Part shown: positions 1 through 9,366 of the stretch, in pieces | Layout of the letters: each line of letters opens with the position of its first letter | How positions within the stretch are numbered: the first letter of the stretch is position 1 | DNA from: an uncultured virus (IMG/VR IMGVR_UViG_3300037467_001324) | Lineage: Duplodnaviria > Heunggongvirae > Uroviricota > Caudoviricetes | DNA length: 64,000 bases | Direction: 5' to 3' (one strand) | Virus record (IMG/VR): IMGVR_UViG_3300037467_001324 | Translations under genes and position numbers: made by a program | Notes under the pieces: model-generated | Databases searched by the model: none | What the model saw: only the letters and a program-made list of their open reading frames with translations | Told to the model about the DNA's origin: nothing

Positions 1-887
1 GCACCTACGATGTGAAAATGCGTCGCTTCGAGCAGCACATCTTTCCGGAGATCGGTCGAAAAGACATTCGCACCATCGAACCGACCGAGATGCTCAAGGT
101 CATCCGGAAAATCGAAGAAAGAGGTGCGACGGACCTTCCGCGGCGAATGCGCGCCGACTGCGGCAGCATCTTTCGATTTGCGATCGCGAGCGGGTGGCAG
201 ACCCGAGATGCGACGGCGGACATCAAGGGCGCTCTCAAGAAGCAGAAGCAAGTCGAGCACAGAGCGTTCGTTCGACCTGCTGAGATTGGCGAGTTCCTGT
301 TGAAGCTCGAGGAGGACGACACCGAGCAGCAGGATACTAGGGACGCCCTGATGCTGACCATCTTAACCACAGTACGAACCGACGAGCTTAGGTTCGCTGA
401 TCGGCGCGAGTTCGAGGATATGGACAGCGACCGGCCCCTGTGGAGGATCCCGAAAGAGCGCATGAAAAAGCATCGCGAACACCTGGTTCCGTTGTCGAGT
501 CAGGCTGCGGCAATCGTCAAACGGCGCCTCGGCGATCTGCCGGAACGCCAGCGCTTACTATTCGGTCGACCGACGCGGAGCGGAACGATCAGCGAAAACA
601 CGATGCTCTATTGTCTCTATCGGCTCGGTTATCACAGCCGCGCGACTGTTCACGGGTTTCGGCGTACCTTCTCCACCATAGCCAACGAAGCGACGAAGGA
701 GGTTGAAGGCGAGGAGGTGCCAATGTGGCACCCCGATTGGGTCGAGCGCGCGCTCGCTCACGTTCCCGAGGATAAGGTTCGTGCCGCCTATAACGCTGCC
801 GAATATCTGCCGCAGCGACGCCGTCTGCTCCAGTGGTGGGCTGATTGGCTGGACGAGCAGCTCGAGCTGAAACGACTCGTTGGATAA
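1..887 (+). CDS. Tyrosine recombinase/integrase (P4-like), 5' truncated by the window
   Basis: Catalytic motifs R (VRTDEL), K (RMKK), HGFR, LAH, and Y (RAAYN). Confidence 0.95.
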   Translation, partial: TYDVKMRRFEQHIFPEIGRKDIRTIEPTEMLKVIRKIEERGATDLPRRMRADCGSIFRFAIASGWQTRDATADIKGALKKQKQVEHRAFVRPAEIGEFLLKLEEDDTEQQDTRDALMLTILTTVRTDELRFADRREFEDMDSDRPLWRIPKERMKKHREHLVPLSSQAAAIVKRRLGDLPERQRLLFGRPTRSGTISENTMLYCLYRLGYHSRATVHGFRRTFSTIANEATKEVEGEEVPMWHPDWVERALAHVPEDKVRAAYNAAEYLPQRRRLLQWWADWLDEQLELKRLVG

Positions 888-888
888 G

Positions 889-927
889 AAAAAGCCCTGG
901 CGGCGTGGGTTCGCGGCCAGGGCTTCT
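889..927. terminator. Stem-loop terminator after integrase
   Basis: AAGCCCTGGC (892-901) pairs with GCCAGGGCTT (916-925); A-run on the left side. Confidence 0.6.
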
Positions 928-1049
928 ATGTCATCAGTCCGGTGGGCTTCCGGATGCCAGCCATGCTTAGAGCATAACACCTCTCCCTTGTTGGCTCGGG
1001 CGCTTCTCTGAGCGTCCCATGCTGTTCCACCGACATAACAACATCGGGG

Positions 1050-1078
1050 TTGCAAATCAACTTTTGGTTGAGTAGAAC
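1050..1078 (+). promoter_or_regulatory. Sigma70-like promoter with a 19-bp operator in the spacer
   Basis: TTGCAA-N17-TAGAAC; AATCA-N9-TGAGT at 1055-1073. Confidence 0.6.
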
Positions 1079-1105
1079 CCCAAGCAGTTGATTAGGACGG
1101 GGCGG

Positions 1106-1348
1106 ATGACCGCAGAGCAACTGCTTTCAGAAGATGTTGAGTTCTGGCCGCTGGACACGGTGCTTCGCAAGGTCGGCCTGTCAAGGTCCGAGATTTACCG
1201 TCGCCAGCGCGACGGTAGCTTCCCCGCCTCAAGGAACTACCGCAACTCGAGCCGCCGATACTGGCTTTCAAGCGACGTCCGCCGCTGGCAAGCCGAGGAA
1301 CTGGCCGGCGCTCCGATTGGCGATGACGAGTTCGGGCTGATCGGATGA
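1106..1348 (+). CDS. AlpA-family regulator/excisionase
   Basis: VLRKVGLSRSEIYRRQRDGSFP...WLSSDV pattern; next to the integrase. Confidence 0.85.
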   Translation: MTAEQLLSEDVEFWPLDTVLRKVGLSRSEIYRRQRDGSFPASRNYRNSSRRYWLSSDVRRWQAEELAGAPIGDDEFGLIG

Positions 1349-3012
1349 GATTTGGCTCCGTGTGCTCAGGCGTTGAGGCCGCGAGCCTAGCTTGGTATCC
1401 TCTCGGTTGGCGCGCTGCGTGGCTGTCGGAAATCGACGCAGCTGCATCCGCGCTTCTCAAGCACCGCTTTCCGAATGTCCCCAACCTTGGCGACATGACT
1501 GCGATTGCGCCGATGATTGATGCGGGCATCGTTGAAGCTCCTGACATTATTGTCGGCGGCACACCCTGCCAAGGCTACTCGGTTGCCGGACGCCGCGGCG
1601 GTCTTTCGGATCCGCGCGGACAACTCACCCTCAGTTTCGTGGAGATTGCAGATGCTATCGACGACGCTCGTCGAGCAAACGGAGAGCCTGAGTGCGTCAT
1701 CGTTTGGGAAAATGTCCCCGGCGTCCTCTCGATGCGCGACAATTCGTTCGGCCATTTCCTTGCGTCGCTTGCCGGAGAAGATGATCCGCTCGAGCCACCA
1801 GGGAAAAAATGGCCGGACGCTGGTCTTGTGCTTGGACCCCAAAGAACAGTCGCGTGGCGATGCCTCGATTCCCAATTCTTCGGTTTGGCCCAACGACGCA
1901 AGCGTGTGTTCGTTGTCGCAAGTGCTCGTGACGGGTTCGATCCCGGAGAGATACTTTTTGAGTTCGACGGCGTGCGGCGGGATTCTCCGCCGAGCCGCGA
2001 AACGGGGCAAGAAATTGCCGGAACTCTTGATGCGCGCACTGAGGCGGGTGGCTTTCCCGGAACAGATGGTGCCTGTGCCAACCATGTCGTCCCCGCAGAT
2101 TTCGGAAATCGACTCACTAATCGGTTGAGTTCTGCCTTTGGCGGCGGCAACTGCAAAGGCCCAATTCCTGTCGCCACCGCGCTGAATGCGAACGAGAGGT
2201 TCGATTTCGACAGCGAGACTTTCATCGTCGAACCGCTGTGCGTCACGGATCCTGTGACGCACACGCTGACTGCCGAGGGCTTCGACGCGAGTGAGGATGG
2301 CACCGGTAGAGGGAATCCAATAGTGCCGATCGCCTTCACCGCGAAGGACTACGGTCAGGACGCAAGCGAAGATATTTCTCCGACGCTGAGGTCGGGCGGT
2401 CACGCCGACAGCCATGCAAACGGAGGCGTGATGCCCGCCGTCGCATATGGCTTTCAGCCGCGCATCGCTAGGAACGGTCGCGGTGACATGGGCGATGTCA
2501 TCAACGCGCTCACCGCCGAGGCAGGCACCACCGGCAAGGGCGACGCGGCACCGTGCGTTGCATACGCCATTCAGGAGAACCTGATTCATCACGAGGTCAT
2601 CCCGTTTGACACGACGCAACTGACGCATCCGGAGAACCGCAGCAACCCGCAGCCAGGCGACCCGTGTCACCCTCTCGCTGCGGCAGGCCACGCCCCGTCG
2701 ATCTGCGGCAGCAACATGGCAGTGCGGCGCCTGATGCCGGTCGAGTGCGAGCGGCTACAGGGCTTCCCCGACAACTGGACCCGGATCCCCGTCAAGTTTT
2801 TCACGACAAAGCAAGTCTCCAAGCTGAGACCAGAGGATATGTGGGAGGTGGGATTCGGGCCGAACGGTCGTCCCGGCTGGTGGCTCATGGCGGCGGACGG
2901 CCCTCGCTACAAGCAGTGCGGCAACTCGATGGCCCGTAACTGCATGGCCTGGATTGGCTGGCGTATCAAAGGTTGGCTCCAGCTCGAGCCGTTCAGGGAG
3001 TTGATCGGCTGA
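1345..3012 (+). CDS. DNA (cytosine-5) methyltransferase
   Basis: SVCSG motif I variant, GGTPCQ catalytic motif, ENVPG, QRRKR, RRLMPVECERLQGFP, RYKQCGNS. Confidence 0.95.
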   Translation: MRFGSVCSGVEAASLAWYPLGWRAAWLSEIDAAASALLKHRFPNVPNLGDMTAIAPMIDAGIVEAPDIIVGGTPCQGYSVAGRRGGLSDPRGQLTLSFVEIADAIDDARRANGEPECVIVWENVPGVLSMRDNSFGHFLASLAGEDDPLEPPGKKWPDAGLVLGPQRTVAWRCLDSQFFGLAQRRKRVFVVASARDGFDPGEILFEFDGVRRDSPPSRETGQEIAGTLDARTEAGGFPGTDGACANHVVPADFGNRLTNRLSSAFGGGNCKGPIPVATALNANERFDFDSETFIVEPLCVTDPVTHTLTAEGFDASEDGTGRGNPIVPIAFTAKDYGQDASEDISPTLRSGGHADSHANGGVMPAVAYGFQPRIARNGRGDMGDVINALTAEAGTTGKGDAAPCVAYAIQENLIHHEVIPFDTTQLTHPENRSNPQPGDPCHPLAAAGHAPSICGSNMAVRRLMPVECERLQGFPDNWTRIPVKFFTTKQVSKLRPEDMWEVGFGPNGRPGWWLMAADGPRYKQCGNSMARNCMAWIGWRIKGWLQLEPFRELIG

Positions 3013-3719
3013 TGTCTGCTACTGACGACGATGACATCGCCGCACTCATCGGAGGACACGGCTCGCAGCTAAAGCCGGATTCGCCACGCGAGGACACGCC
3101 CGATGAGGAGCGCGATCTTATCCTGAAACAGGTGGCGGGCGGCAAAGGTAGCTTTGTCGACGCCGGCGACCTCAAGCGCCCGGTCACTCAGAATTTCCTC
3201 GCCCAAGTGTTCGACATGGACCCTGCGACGGTTAAGAAACGTCTCCTTCGCGTGAAGCCGCTTGCCGAGATCGGTAAGGGCGTGCAGCCGCGCAAACTCT
3301 ACGATTTCAAGGAGGCAGTCGGATACCTCGTCGAGCCGAAGATCGATCTCGATGCGTACATCAAGTCAATCGACCCCCATAAGCTGCCGAACCACATCAA
3401 CAAATTCTATTGGGACGCGCAGTTAGTGAAGCTCAAGTTCATGGAGCGGGCGCGCGAGGCGTTTCTCGCTCCGGACATCCTCGCGGTGTTCGGTCGAGTT
3501 TTCATGCTCATCAAGGACCATGTCCAACTGTGGCCCGAGACTGCGCGCGATTCGCTGCGCCTCGACGACAAACAGACCGCAAAGCTCAAGCAGCTCGCCG
3601 ACGACCTCCAGAATGAGCTCTATAGTCGGCTGACCAAGCTGCCGGACGAGCAGGAAACGCCGAGCTACGCCGCCAAGTTCGAGGAAGGGACGGCACCCGA
3701 AGCCGAAGCTACGGAATGA
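3012..3719 (+). CDS. Terminase small subunit (gpNu1/DUF1441-like)
   Basis: N-terminal HTH-like segment, helical C-terminus, position upstream of TerL; ATG overlaps the upstream TGA. Confidence 0.75.
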   Translation: MSATDDDDIAALIGGHGSQLKPDSPREDTPDEERDLILKQVAGGKGSFVDAGDLKRPVTQNFLAQVFDMDPATVKKRLLRVKPLAEIGKGVQPRKLYDFKEAVGYLVEPKIDLDAYIKSIDPHKLPNHINKFYWDAQLVKLKFMERAREAFLAPDILAVFGRVFMLIKDHVQLWPETARDSLRLDDKQTAKLKQLADDLQNELYSRLTKLPDEQETPSYAAKFEEGTAPEAEATE

Positions 3720-5122
3720 CCGGAGTTATCCTGCAAGGCGATTCGCTCGAGCGTTTGCGCGAGCTTCGGGACAACAGTGTCCACATGGTCGTCACATCTC
3801 CGCCCTATTTTGGCTTGCGGGACTACGGCACGGGCAACTGGCAGGGTGGCGACCCCGACTGCGATCATGTGTCGCATCGCATCCGAACGGGCGACGGCCT
3901 CGCAGCGTTTAGCGCGAACCTCAAAGGCGGCGGTCACAAGGCCGGGTCGGAGGAGAAGGTCGTTCGCTTCAAGGGACAGTGTGGCAAATGCGGTGCCGTC
4001 CGTGAGGATCGGCAGCTTGGCCTTGAGGCGACACCAGAGGAATATATCGCGGCGATGGTCGTGCTGTTCCGCGAGGTGCGGCGTGTCTTGCGCGAGGACG
4101 GCACGTTATGGCTGAACATCGGCGACAGCTATTGCAGCTCCGGCTCTGGAAAGCAGGGCAAGAACGGGCAGATGGCTGACCGCGCCGTATCGCAAGTGCG
4201 CGGGAGTGAAGTGCCGCGAGCGGGACATTTCGACGGCATCAAGCACAAGGACCTCATCGGCATCCCTTGGATGCTCGCCTTCGCGCTGCGTGCCGATGGC
4301 TGGTATCTCCGTCAGGAAATTATTTGGGATAAACCCAACCCGATGCCGGAATCGGTGCGCGACCGCTTCACGAAGGCGCATGAGAACTTGTTCCTGCTGA
4401 CCAAATCACCGCGGTATTTCTTCGACGCCGAGGCGGTCAAAGAGGACATGGCTGAGAGCAGCCTAGCGCGGGTCGCGCAGCCCAACCTCGCCAACCAGGT
4501 CGACTCCGCCCGCGCGAACGGCGGAATGAAAACCAATGGCAACATTAAGCCCGCAGGCGATTTCGTGTCGGGGAAGCGCAATAAGCGGAGCGTTTGGCGC
4601 ATTTCGACGAAGCCATTCAAGGAAGCGCATTTCGCCACCTACCCACCCGAGCTTCCGGAGCCGTGCATTCTCGCCGGCACGTCTGAGGAGGGCGTCTGCG
4701 CTAAGTGCGGAACGCCGTGGCAGCGGATAATCGAGAAGGGCGAACCCCTGCTCGAGTGGCGACAGGCCTGCGGCGGCGATTTAAACGGCGAATACGATGG
4801 TCAGGCCATCAAGGAATACGAAGGCACAGGCGCGCAGAATGCTTCGGACGTCAAGCGCAGGATCCTCGCGGGTATGCGAGAGCGCATCAGCCGTTGGGAG
4901 CCGGGCTGCGATTGCAACGCTCAAACCGTTCCGGCGACCGTCCTCGACCCGTTCTTCGGTGCCGGGACGACAGCGCTCGTGGCCGAGAAGCATGGGCGTC
5001 GCTGGATCGGCATCGAACTAAATCCGGAATCGGTTGAAATTGCGCGCCGCCGTCTCGCTCGTGAGATGGTGCCGAACAAACGGGCTGCCTATCGCGTGCT
5101 CGCATTGGCACTGGCAGCATGA
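3716..5122 (+). CDS. DNA N4-C/N6-A methyltransferase (beta class) with Cys-rich inserts
   Basis: TSPPY, HFATYP, VLDPFFGAGTT, GIELN. Confidence 0.93.
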   Translation: MTGVILQGDSLERLRELRDNSVHMVVTSPPYFGLRDYGTGNWQGGDPDCDHVSHRIRTGDGLAAFSANLKGGGHKAGSEEKVVRFKGQCGKCGAVREDRQLGLEATPEEYIAAMVVLFREVRRVLREDGTLWLNIGDSYCSSGSGKQGKNGQMADRAVSQVRGSEVPRAGHFDGIKHKDLIGIPWMLAFALRADGWYLRQEIIWDKPNPMPESVRDRFTKAHENLFLLTKSPRYFFDAEAVKEDMAESSLARVAQPNLANQVDSARANGGMKTNGNIKPAGDFVSGKRNKRSVWRISTKPFKEAHFATYPPELPEPCILAGTSEEGVCAKCGTPWQRIIEKGEPLLEWRQACGGDLNGEYDGQAIKEYEGTGAQNASDVKRRILAGMRERISRWEPGCDCNAQTVPATVLDPFFGAGTTALVAEKHGRRWIGIELNPESVEIARRRLAREMVPNKRAAYRVLALALAA

Positions 5123-7332
5123 CCTTCCACAGCATCGAAGCGATGGTGGTGGCCTCAGCAGAGGCAGTGCGGCCGCCTGAGCGCCTGACCGTCAGTCAGG
5201 CTGCCGAGAAATATCACATCGTCAACAACCCAGGCACGCACGTTGGGCCGTTCTCGAATGAGCGGACGCCCTACCTCGTCGAGCCAATGGACGAGCTGCA
5301 AAGCCTCGAGTTCACGGGCGAGATTTTCTGCGGTCCTGCGCGCTGCGGCAAGTCGGTCATGGCGCTTAATTGGTTAGCCTCGACTGCCATCTGCGATCCT
5401 GCGGACATGATGTTCGTAAACATGACGCAGAACACCGCCCGAGACTGGTCTCAGGGCGACCTCGCCAAGATGGTTCGCTACTCGCCCGAGGTGAAGCGCC
5501 GCCTGGTTCCGGGTCGGCAGAACGACAATGTCCACGACAAGCGCTTCCTGAGCGGAATGCGGCTGCTCATCAAGTGGCCGACCATCAGCGAACTCTCCGG
5601 CAAGACCATTCCGCGGCTGTGGTTGTTCGATCGCGACCGCATGGATGACAACATCGACAAGGAGGGCGACCCGTTCGACCTCGCAAGGAAGCGCGCGCAG
5701 ACCTACCGCCGCTTCGGCATGACCGTCGCTGAGAGTTCGCCAGGGCGGGAGGTGACAAATTCCAAGTGGTTGCCGACGAGTCCGCACGAAGCACCGCCGA
5801 CGACCGGTATCCTCGCGCTTTACAATCGCGGTGATCGGCGCCGCTGGTACTGGCGCTGCCCCCAGTGCAACGACCCGTTCGAGGGCGATTTCAAGCTACT
5901 CCGCTGGCCGCAGTTGCCCGATCCGATGGAGGCAGCGCAGCAGGTCGTCATGGAATGTCCTTCCTGCGGCTTCCCGATTCCACACGAGATGAAGCACGAG
6001 CTCAATCAGGGCGGTAAGTGGATCAAGGAAGGGCAGACTTGGGAAAAGGACGGCTCGGTGAGCGGGATCCCGAGGCGTTCCGACATTGCTAGCTTCTGGC
6101 TTAAAGGTCCTGCCGCTGCATTCATCAGCTGGCCCGAGCTTGTGCTGAAATACCTAAACGCCCTCGACGATTACGAGCGCACGGGCAGCGAAGAAGCCCT
6201 TAAGGTCACGGTGAACGTCGACCAAGGCTTACCCTACACCTCGAAATCGGCCGAAGCCGGTCGACTCCCCGATGAGCTGCGTGCTCGAGCTCAGCATTAT
6301 TCGGACAAGGGCGAGGTTCCACCAGGAGTCGGTTTCCTCGTAACGACCATCGACGTTCAGGCCGGTGGACGCCCATCGTTCGTTTGCCATACCTACGGCA
6401 TCGGACCAGGCGTTTCGCAGGAGCAGCTCGAGCAGGGTATCATTCCGCCAGCAGCCGACATTTGGCACGTCGATATGTGGAAAATCCGCAAATCTAACCG
6501 CATCGACACTGACGGCGAGCGCAAGCTCATCGATCCCGCCTCGTATCCCGAGGATTGGGATTGCCTGATCGATGAGGTGTTGCTGCGTACCTACCCGCTC
6601 TCGGATGGCTCAGGCCGGCACATGGCCGTCAAGATCGTGGCGTGCGACTCGGGCGGTGCCGCAGCGCAGGGGAACGCGAAGAAAAACGACAACAAGGATG
6701 GGCCGAAGGTCAGCGTTACCGCGAACGCCTATGAGTTCTGGCGCCGGTTGAAGCGCGCCGAGCGGGCTAACGGCGAAAAGATTCCGGCATCCCTCCATCT
6801 TCGCTTCCACCTCGTCAAGGGTTCGCCGAGCAACAGCGCGCCGGAGATGCACCGCACCTATCCGGACAGCGGACAGAAAGACCGGTTCGCGATCGCCCGC
6901 GGCGACGTTCCCGTCTATCTGGTGAACTCGAACAAGGTGAAAGATCGCACCAGCAACCTGCTCGGGCGCACCGACCCTGGCGGGCAGATTCATTTCCCCG
7001 TCTGGTATGACGAGAACGAGAAGGTGCTCGACATCGGTTGGCTCTACACGCAGCTGACGACCGAGGTCAGAACGGCGCGCGGATGGGAGAACCCGAGCCG
7101 TCGCAAGAACGAAGCGTTCGACCTTCTCGCCTACTGCATCGCCATCTGTCTTACGCAGCAGATACGTCTCGAGCACATCGACTGGACCAAGCCGCCGCCG
7201 TGGGCGAATCCCGATTGGGACAACAACGACCTGGTCATCAATCCGGTCGACCATGATGCGGCCGATGTTTTGGCCGGCGCGAAGCCAAATGATGACCCCG
7301 ACATCGAGGATTTGGCGGAGCAGCTCGGCTGA
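5119..7332 (+). CDS. Terminase large subunit (lambda gpA family)
   Basis: RTPYL, Walker A GPARCGKS, ESSP, CPQC/CPSCG zinc motifs, TIDVQ nuclease motif, RKNEAFD. Confidence 0.95.
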   Translation: MTFHSIEAMVVASAEAVRPPERLTVSQAAEKYHIVNNPGTHVGPFSNERTPYLVEPMDELQSLEFTGEIFCGPARCGKSVMALNWLASTAICDPADMMFVNMTQNTARDWSQGDLAKMVRYSPEVKRRLVPGRQNDNVHDKRFLSGMRLLIKWPTISELSGKTIPRLWLFDRDRMDDNIDKEGDPFDLARKRAQTYRRFGMTVAESSPGREVTNSKWLPTSPHEAPPTTGILALYNRGDRRRWYWRCPQCNDPFEGDFKLLRWPQLPDPMEAAQQVVMECPSCGFPIPHEMKHELNQGGKWIKEGQTWEKDGSVSGIPRRSDIASFWLKGPAAAFISWPELVLKYLNALDDYERTGSEEALKVTVNVDQGLPYTSKSAEAGRLPDELRARAQHYSDKGEVPPGVGFLVTTIDVQAGGRPSFVCHTYGIGPGVSQEQLEQGIIPPAADIWHVDMWKIRKSNRIDTDGERKLIDPASYPEDWDCLIDEVLLRTYPLSDGSGRHMAVKIVACDSGGAAAQGNAKKNDNKDGPKVSVTANAYEFWRRLKRAERANGEKIPASLHLRFHLVKGSPSNSAPEMHRTYPDSGQKDRFAIARGDVPVYLVNSNKVKDRTSNLLGRTDPGGQIHFPVWYDENEKVLDIGWLYTQLTTEVRTARGWENPSRRKNEAFDLLAYCIAICLTQQIRLEHIDWTKPPPWANPDWDNNDLVINPVDHDAADVLAGAKPNDDPDIEDLAEQLG

Positions 7333-7405
7333 AAATCACTAATTAGTTGATTCGGTCACGCTCGGGTGTCATATAGGACGTCACCGATTTCACGCGGGCG
7401 AGGGA

Positions 7406-7618
7406 ATGGCGGCTACTCAGGCGCAACTGGATGAAGCGGAAGCAGCTTACCACTCCCTCTGTATCGGCAAGGGGATGGTCGAGTTTCGCGATTCGAACGG
7501 CGAGCTGGTGCGCTACAATGTCGCGTCGCTGCCGCGGCTCGCGCAATACATCCAGCAGCTCAAAATTGAGCTTGGTGTGTCGACCTGCAATGGTCCGATG
7601 AGGCCGCTGTTTCAGTGA
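7406..7618 (+). CDS. Head-tail joining protein gpW-like
   Basis: LDEAEAAYHSL..G..V...NGELVRY pattern; lies between TerL and portal. Confidence 0.85.
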   Translation: MAATQAQLDEAEAAYHSLCIGKGMVEFRDSNGELVRYNVASLPRLAQYIQQLKIELGVSTCNGPMRPLFQ

Positions 7619-9366
7619 GCACCGGCGACCCGAACATCGACGCCCTGATCGGTCCGGCTTCCTCCGGACCCGTAGCCCTGCCCGGACCCTCGGCCCCCAC
7701 CAGTCCCGGAGCAGCGTCGCCCGTCCCGGTCGTACACCTCCCGGCGACGGGCGACGAGAGGGGCATGGGCGCGTTCGAGGGAGCCGACCGTTTCGATGCG
7801 GGCTTTGCTCTGTGGGGACCGTCCTTGGCATCTGCCGACGCGGACATCCTTCCTGACAAGCTACTCATCGACGCTCGTGCGCGCGACATGCTGCGCAACG
7901 ACGCTTACATCCAGGGCGGCGCTAACCTCCACAAGGACAACATCGTTGGAGCGCATTTCCTCCTGATGACGCGGCCCGCTACGCGGACGCTATTCGGCAA
8001 GGACGACGATGTTTGGGAGGAGGAGTTCCAGGCCGAGGTCGAGGAACTCGCAGAGCTTTTCTTCGAGTCGCCAGATCATTGGGTCGATGCGGCGCGCTCG
8101 AACACGCTGACGCAGCTCGTTCGCATGGCAGTCGGCATTCACCTGGCGGCCGGCGAGGTGCTTGCGACCGCCGAATGGGATCGTCAGGGAGCCAGCGAGT
8201 TCAACACTTGCATCCAGATGGTCGATCTTGACCGCCTGTCGACCGACCCGATGTCGCGCATCGACCCGAGCGTGCGCATGGGGATCCGCTTCAATTCGCG
8301 CGGGGCGCCGATGGCGTACCAAATCCGCACGCAGCACCCGCGCGACATCGTTTGGCGGACGACCCTTCCCGAGTGGAAAGAGGTTCCGCTGCGCAAGCCT
8401 TGGGGTCGCCTCCAGGTCATTCATCTCAAGGAGCAAGTGCGTCCCGAGCAGAGCCGTGGCATTCCGGAGATGGCGGCTGCGCTCAAGGAAATGCGGATGA
8501 GTCACTCACTCCGCGGCATCAACTTGCAGCAAGCCGTGGCTCAGGCGATTTTCGCCGCCGCCATCACCTCCGAGCTGCCGAGCGACACAGTGTTCCAGCA
8601 GCTCGGCGGCGGTGAGGCGACACCAGAGCAGGTTCAGGCCGCAATCACCAGTTACGCGCAGGGCTACCTCGGCGCGATTGGCAAGTATGTTGGCAAGGCG
8701 CGCGGCCTGACCATTGATGGCGTTCGCATTCCGCACCTCTATCCCGGCACCAAGCTCGATTTGCTGTCGCCGAAGGTCAATCCAACTCAAGGCACCACAT
8801 TCGAGCAGTCGCTGCTCCGCTACATCGCATCGACGCTCGGCGTATCTTACGAGCAGCTGAGCCGCGATTATACGAACACGAACTACAGCTCGGCGCGCGC
8901 CGCGATGACCGAGACCTGGAAATTCATGCAGGCGCGCAAGAAGCTCATCGCCGACCGCTTCGCCACCATTGTTTTCCGGCTGTGGCTCGAGGAGGCCATC
9001 AACAACGGCAAGCTGTTCAGCTTCCCGAAGAAGAAGGCCGGAATGCTCTATTCGGGCGGCGTCCTGAACACCGCATTCGACGCCATCTCGCGGTGCGAAT
9101 GGATTGGCGCTTCGCGCGGCCAGATTGACGAGCTCAAGGAGACTCAGGCCGCGATCGCCCGCATCGAGGCCGGTCTGTCGACCCGCGAGGATGAGCTTGC
9201 CCGCCTCGGCAAGGATTGGCGGAAAGTGTTCCGGCAGCTCGAGCGCGAGGAGAAAGAGCGCGCAGCCCGCAACCTTGTTTTCACCTCGGATACTGCACGG
9301 GCTGCGGGCGCTCAGGACAACCAGAACGCCGACAATCAGGACGGCGAGCAGAAGAAGGCCGCATGA
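7615..9366 (+). CDS. Portal protein (lambda gpB family)
   Basis: ARARDMLRND, EQSRGIP, GVSYEQLSRDY..NYSSARA, IDELKE. Confidence 0.95.
   Translation: MSTGDPNIDALIGPASSGPVALPGPSAPTSPGAASPVPVVHLPATGDERGMGAFEGADRFDAGFALWGPSLASADADILPDKLLIDARARDMLRNDAYIQGGANLHKDNIVGAHFLLMTRPATRTLFGKDDDVWEEEFQAEVEELAELFFESPDHWVDAARSNTLTQLVRMAVGIHLAAGEVLATAEWDRQGASEFNTCIQMVDLDRLSTDPMSRIDPSVRMGIRFNSRGAPMAYQIRTQHPRDIVWRTTLPEWKEVPLRKPWGRLQVIHLKEQVRPEQSRGIPEMAAALKEMRMSHSLRGINLQQAVAQAIFAAAITSELPSDTVFQQLGGGEATPEQVQAAITSYAQGYLGAIGKYVGKARGLTIDGVRIPHLYPGTKLDLLSPKVNPTQGTTFEQSLLRYIASTLGVSYEQLSRDYTNTNYSSARAAMTETWKFMQARKKLIADRFATIVFRLWLEEAINNGKLFSFPKKKAGMLYSGGVLNTAFDAISRCEWIGASRGQIDELKETQAAIARIEAGLSTREDELARLGKDWRKVFRQLEREEKERAARNLVFTSDTARAAGAQDNQNADNQDGEQKKAA

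Noticed and set aside
888..1100. attP/attL site beside the integrase
   Set aside because: No duplicated core or tRNA fragment is identifiable in the window; the att site probably lies upstream of the truncated integrase.
1387..2691. Long antisense ORFs (also 9336-10433, 11176-12219, 14709-15608, 33640-34764)
   Set aside because: They lie opposite well-supported genes and have no recognisable motifs.
1345..5122. Restriction-modification defence system
   Set aside because: No endonuclease is adjacent; the methyltransferases are orphan phage enzymes.
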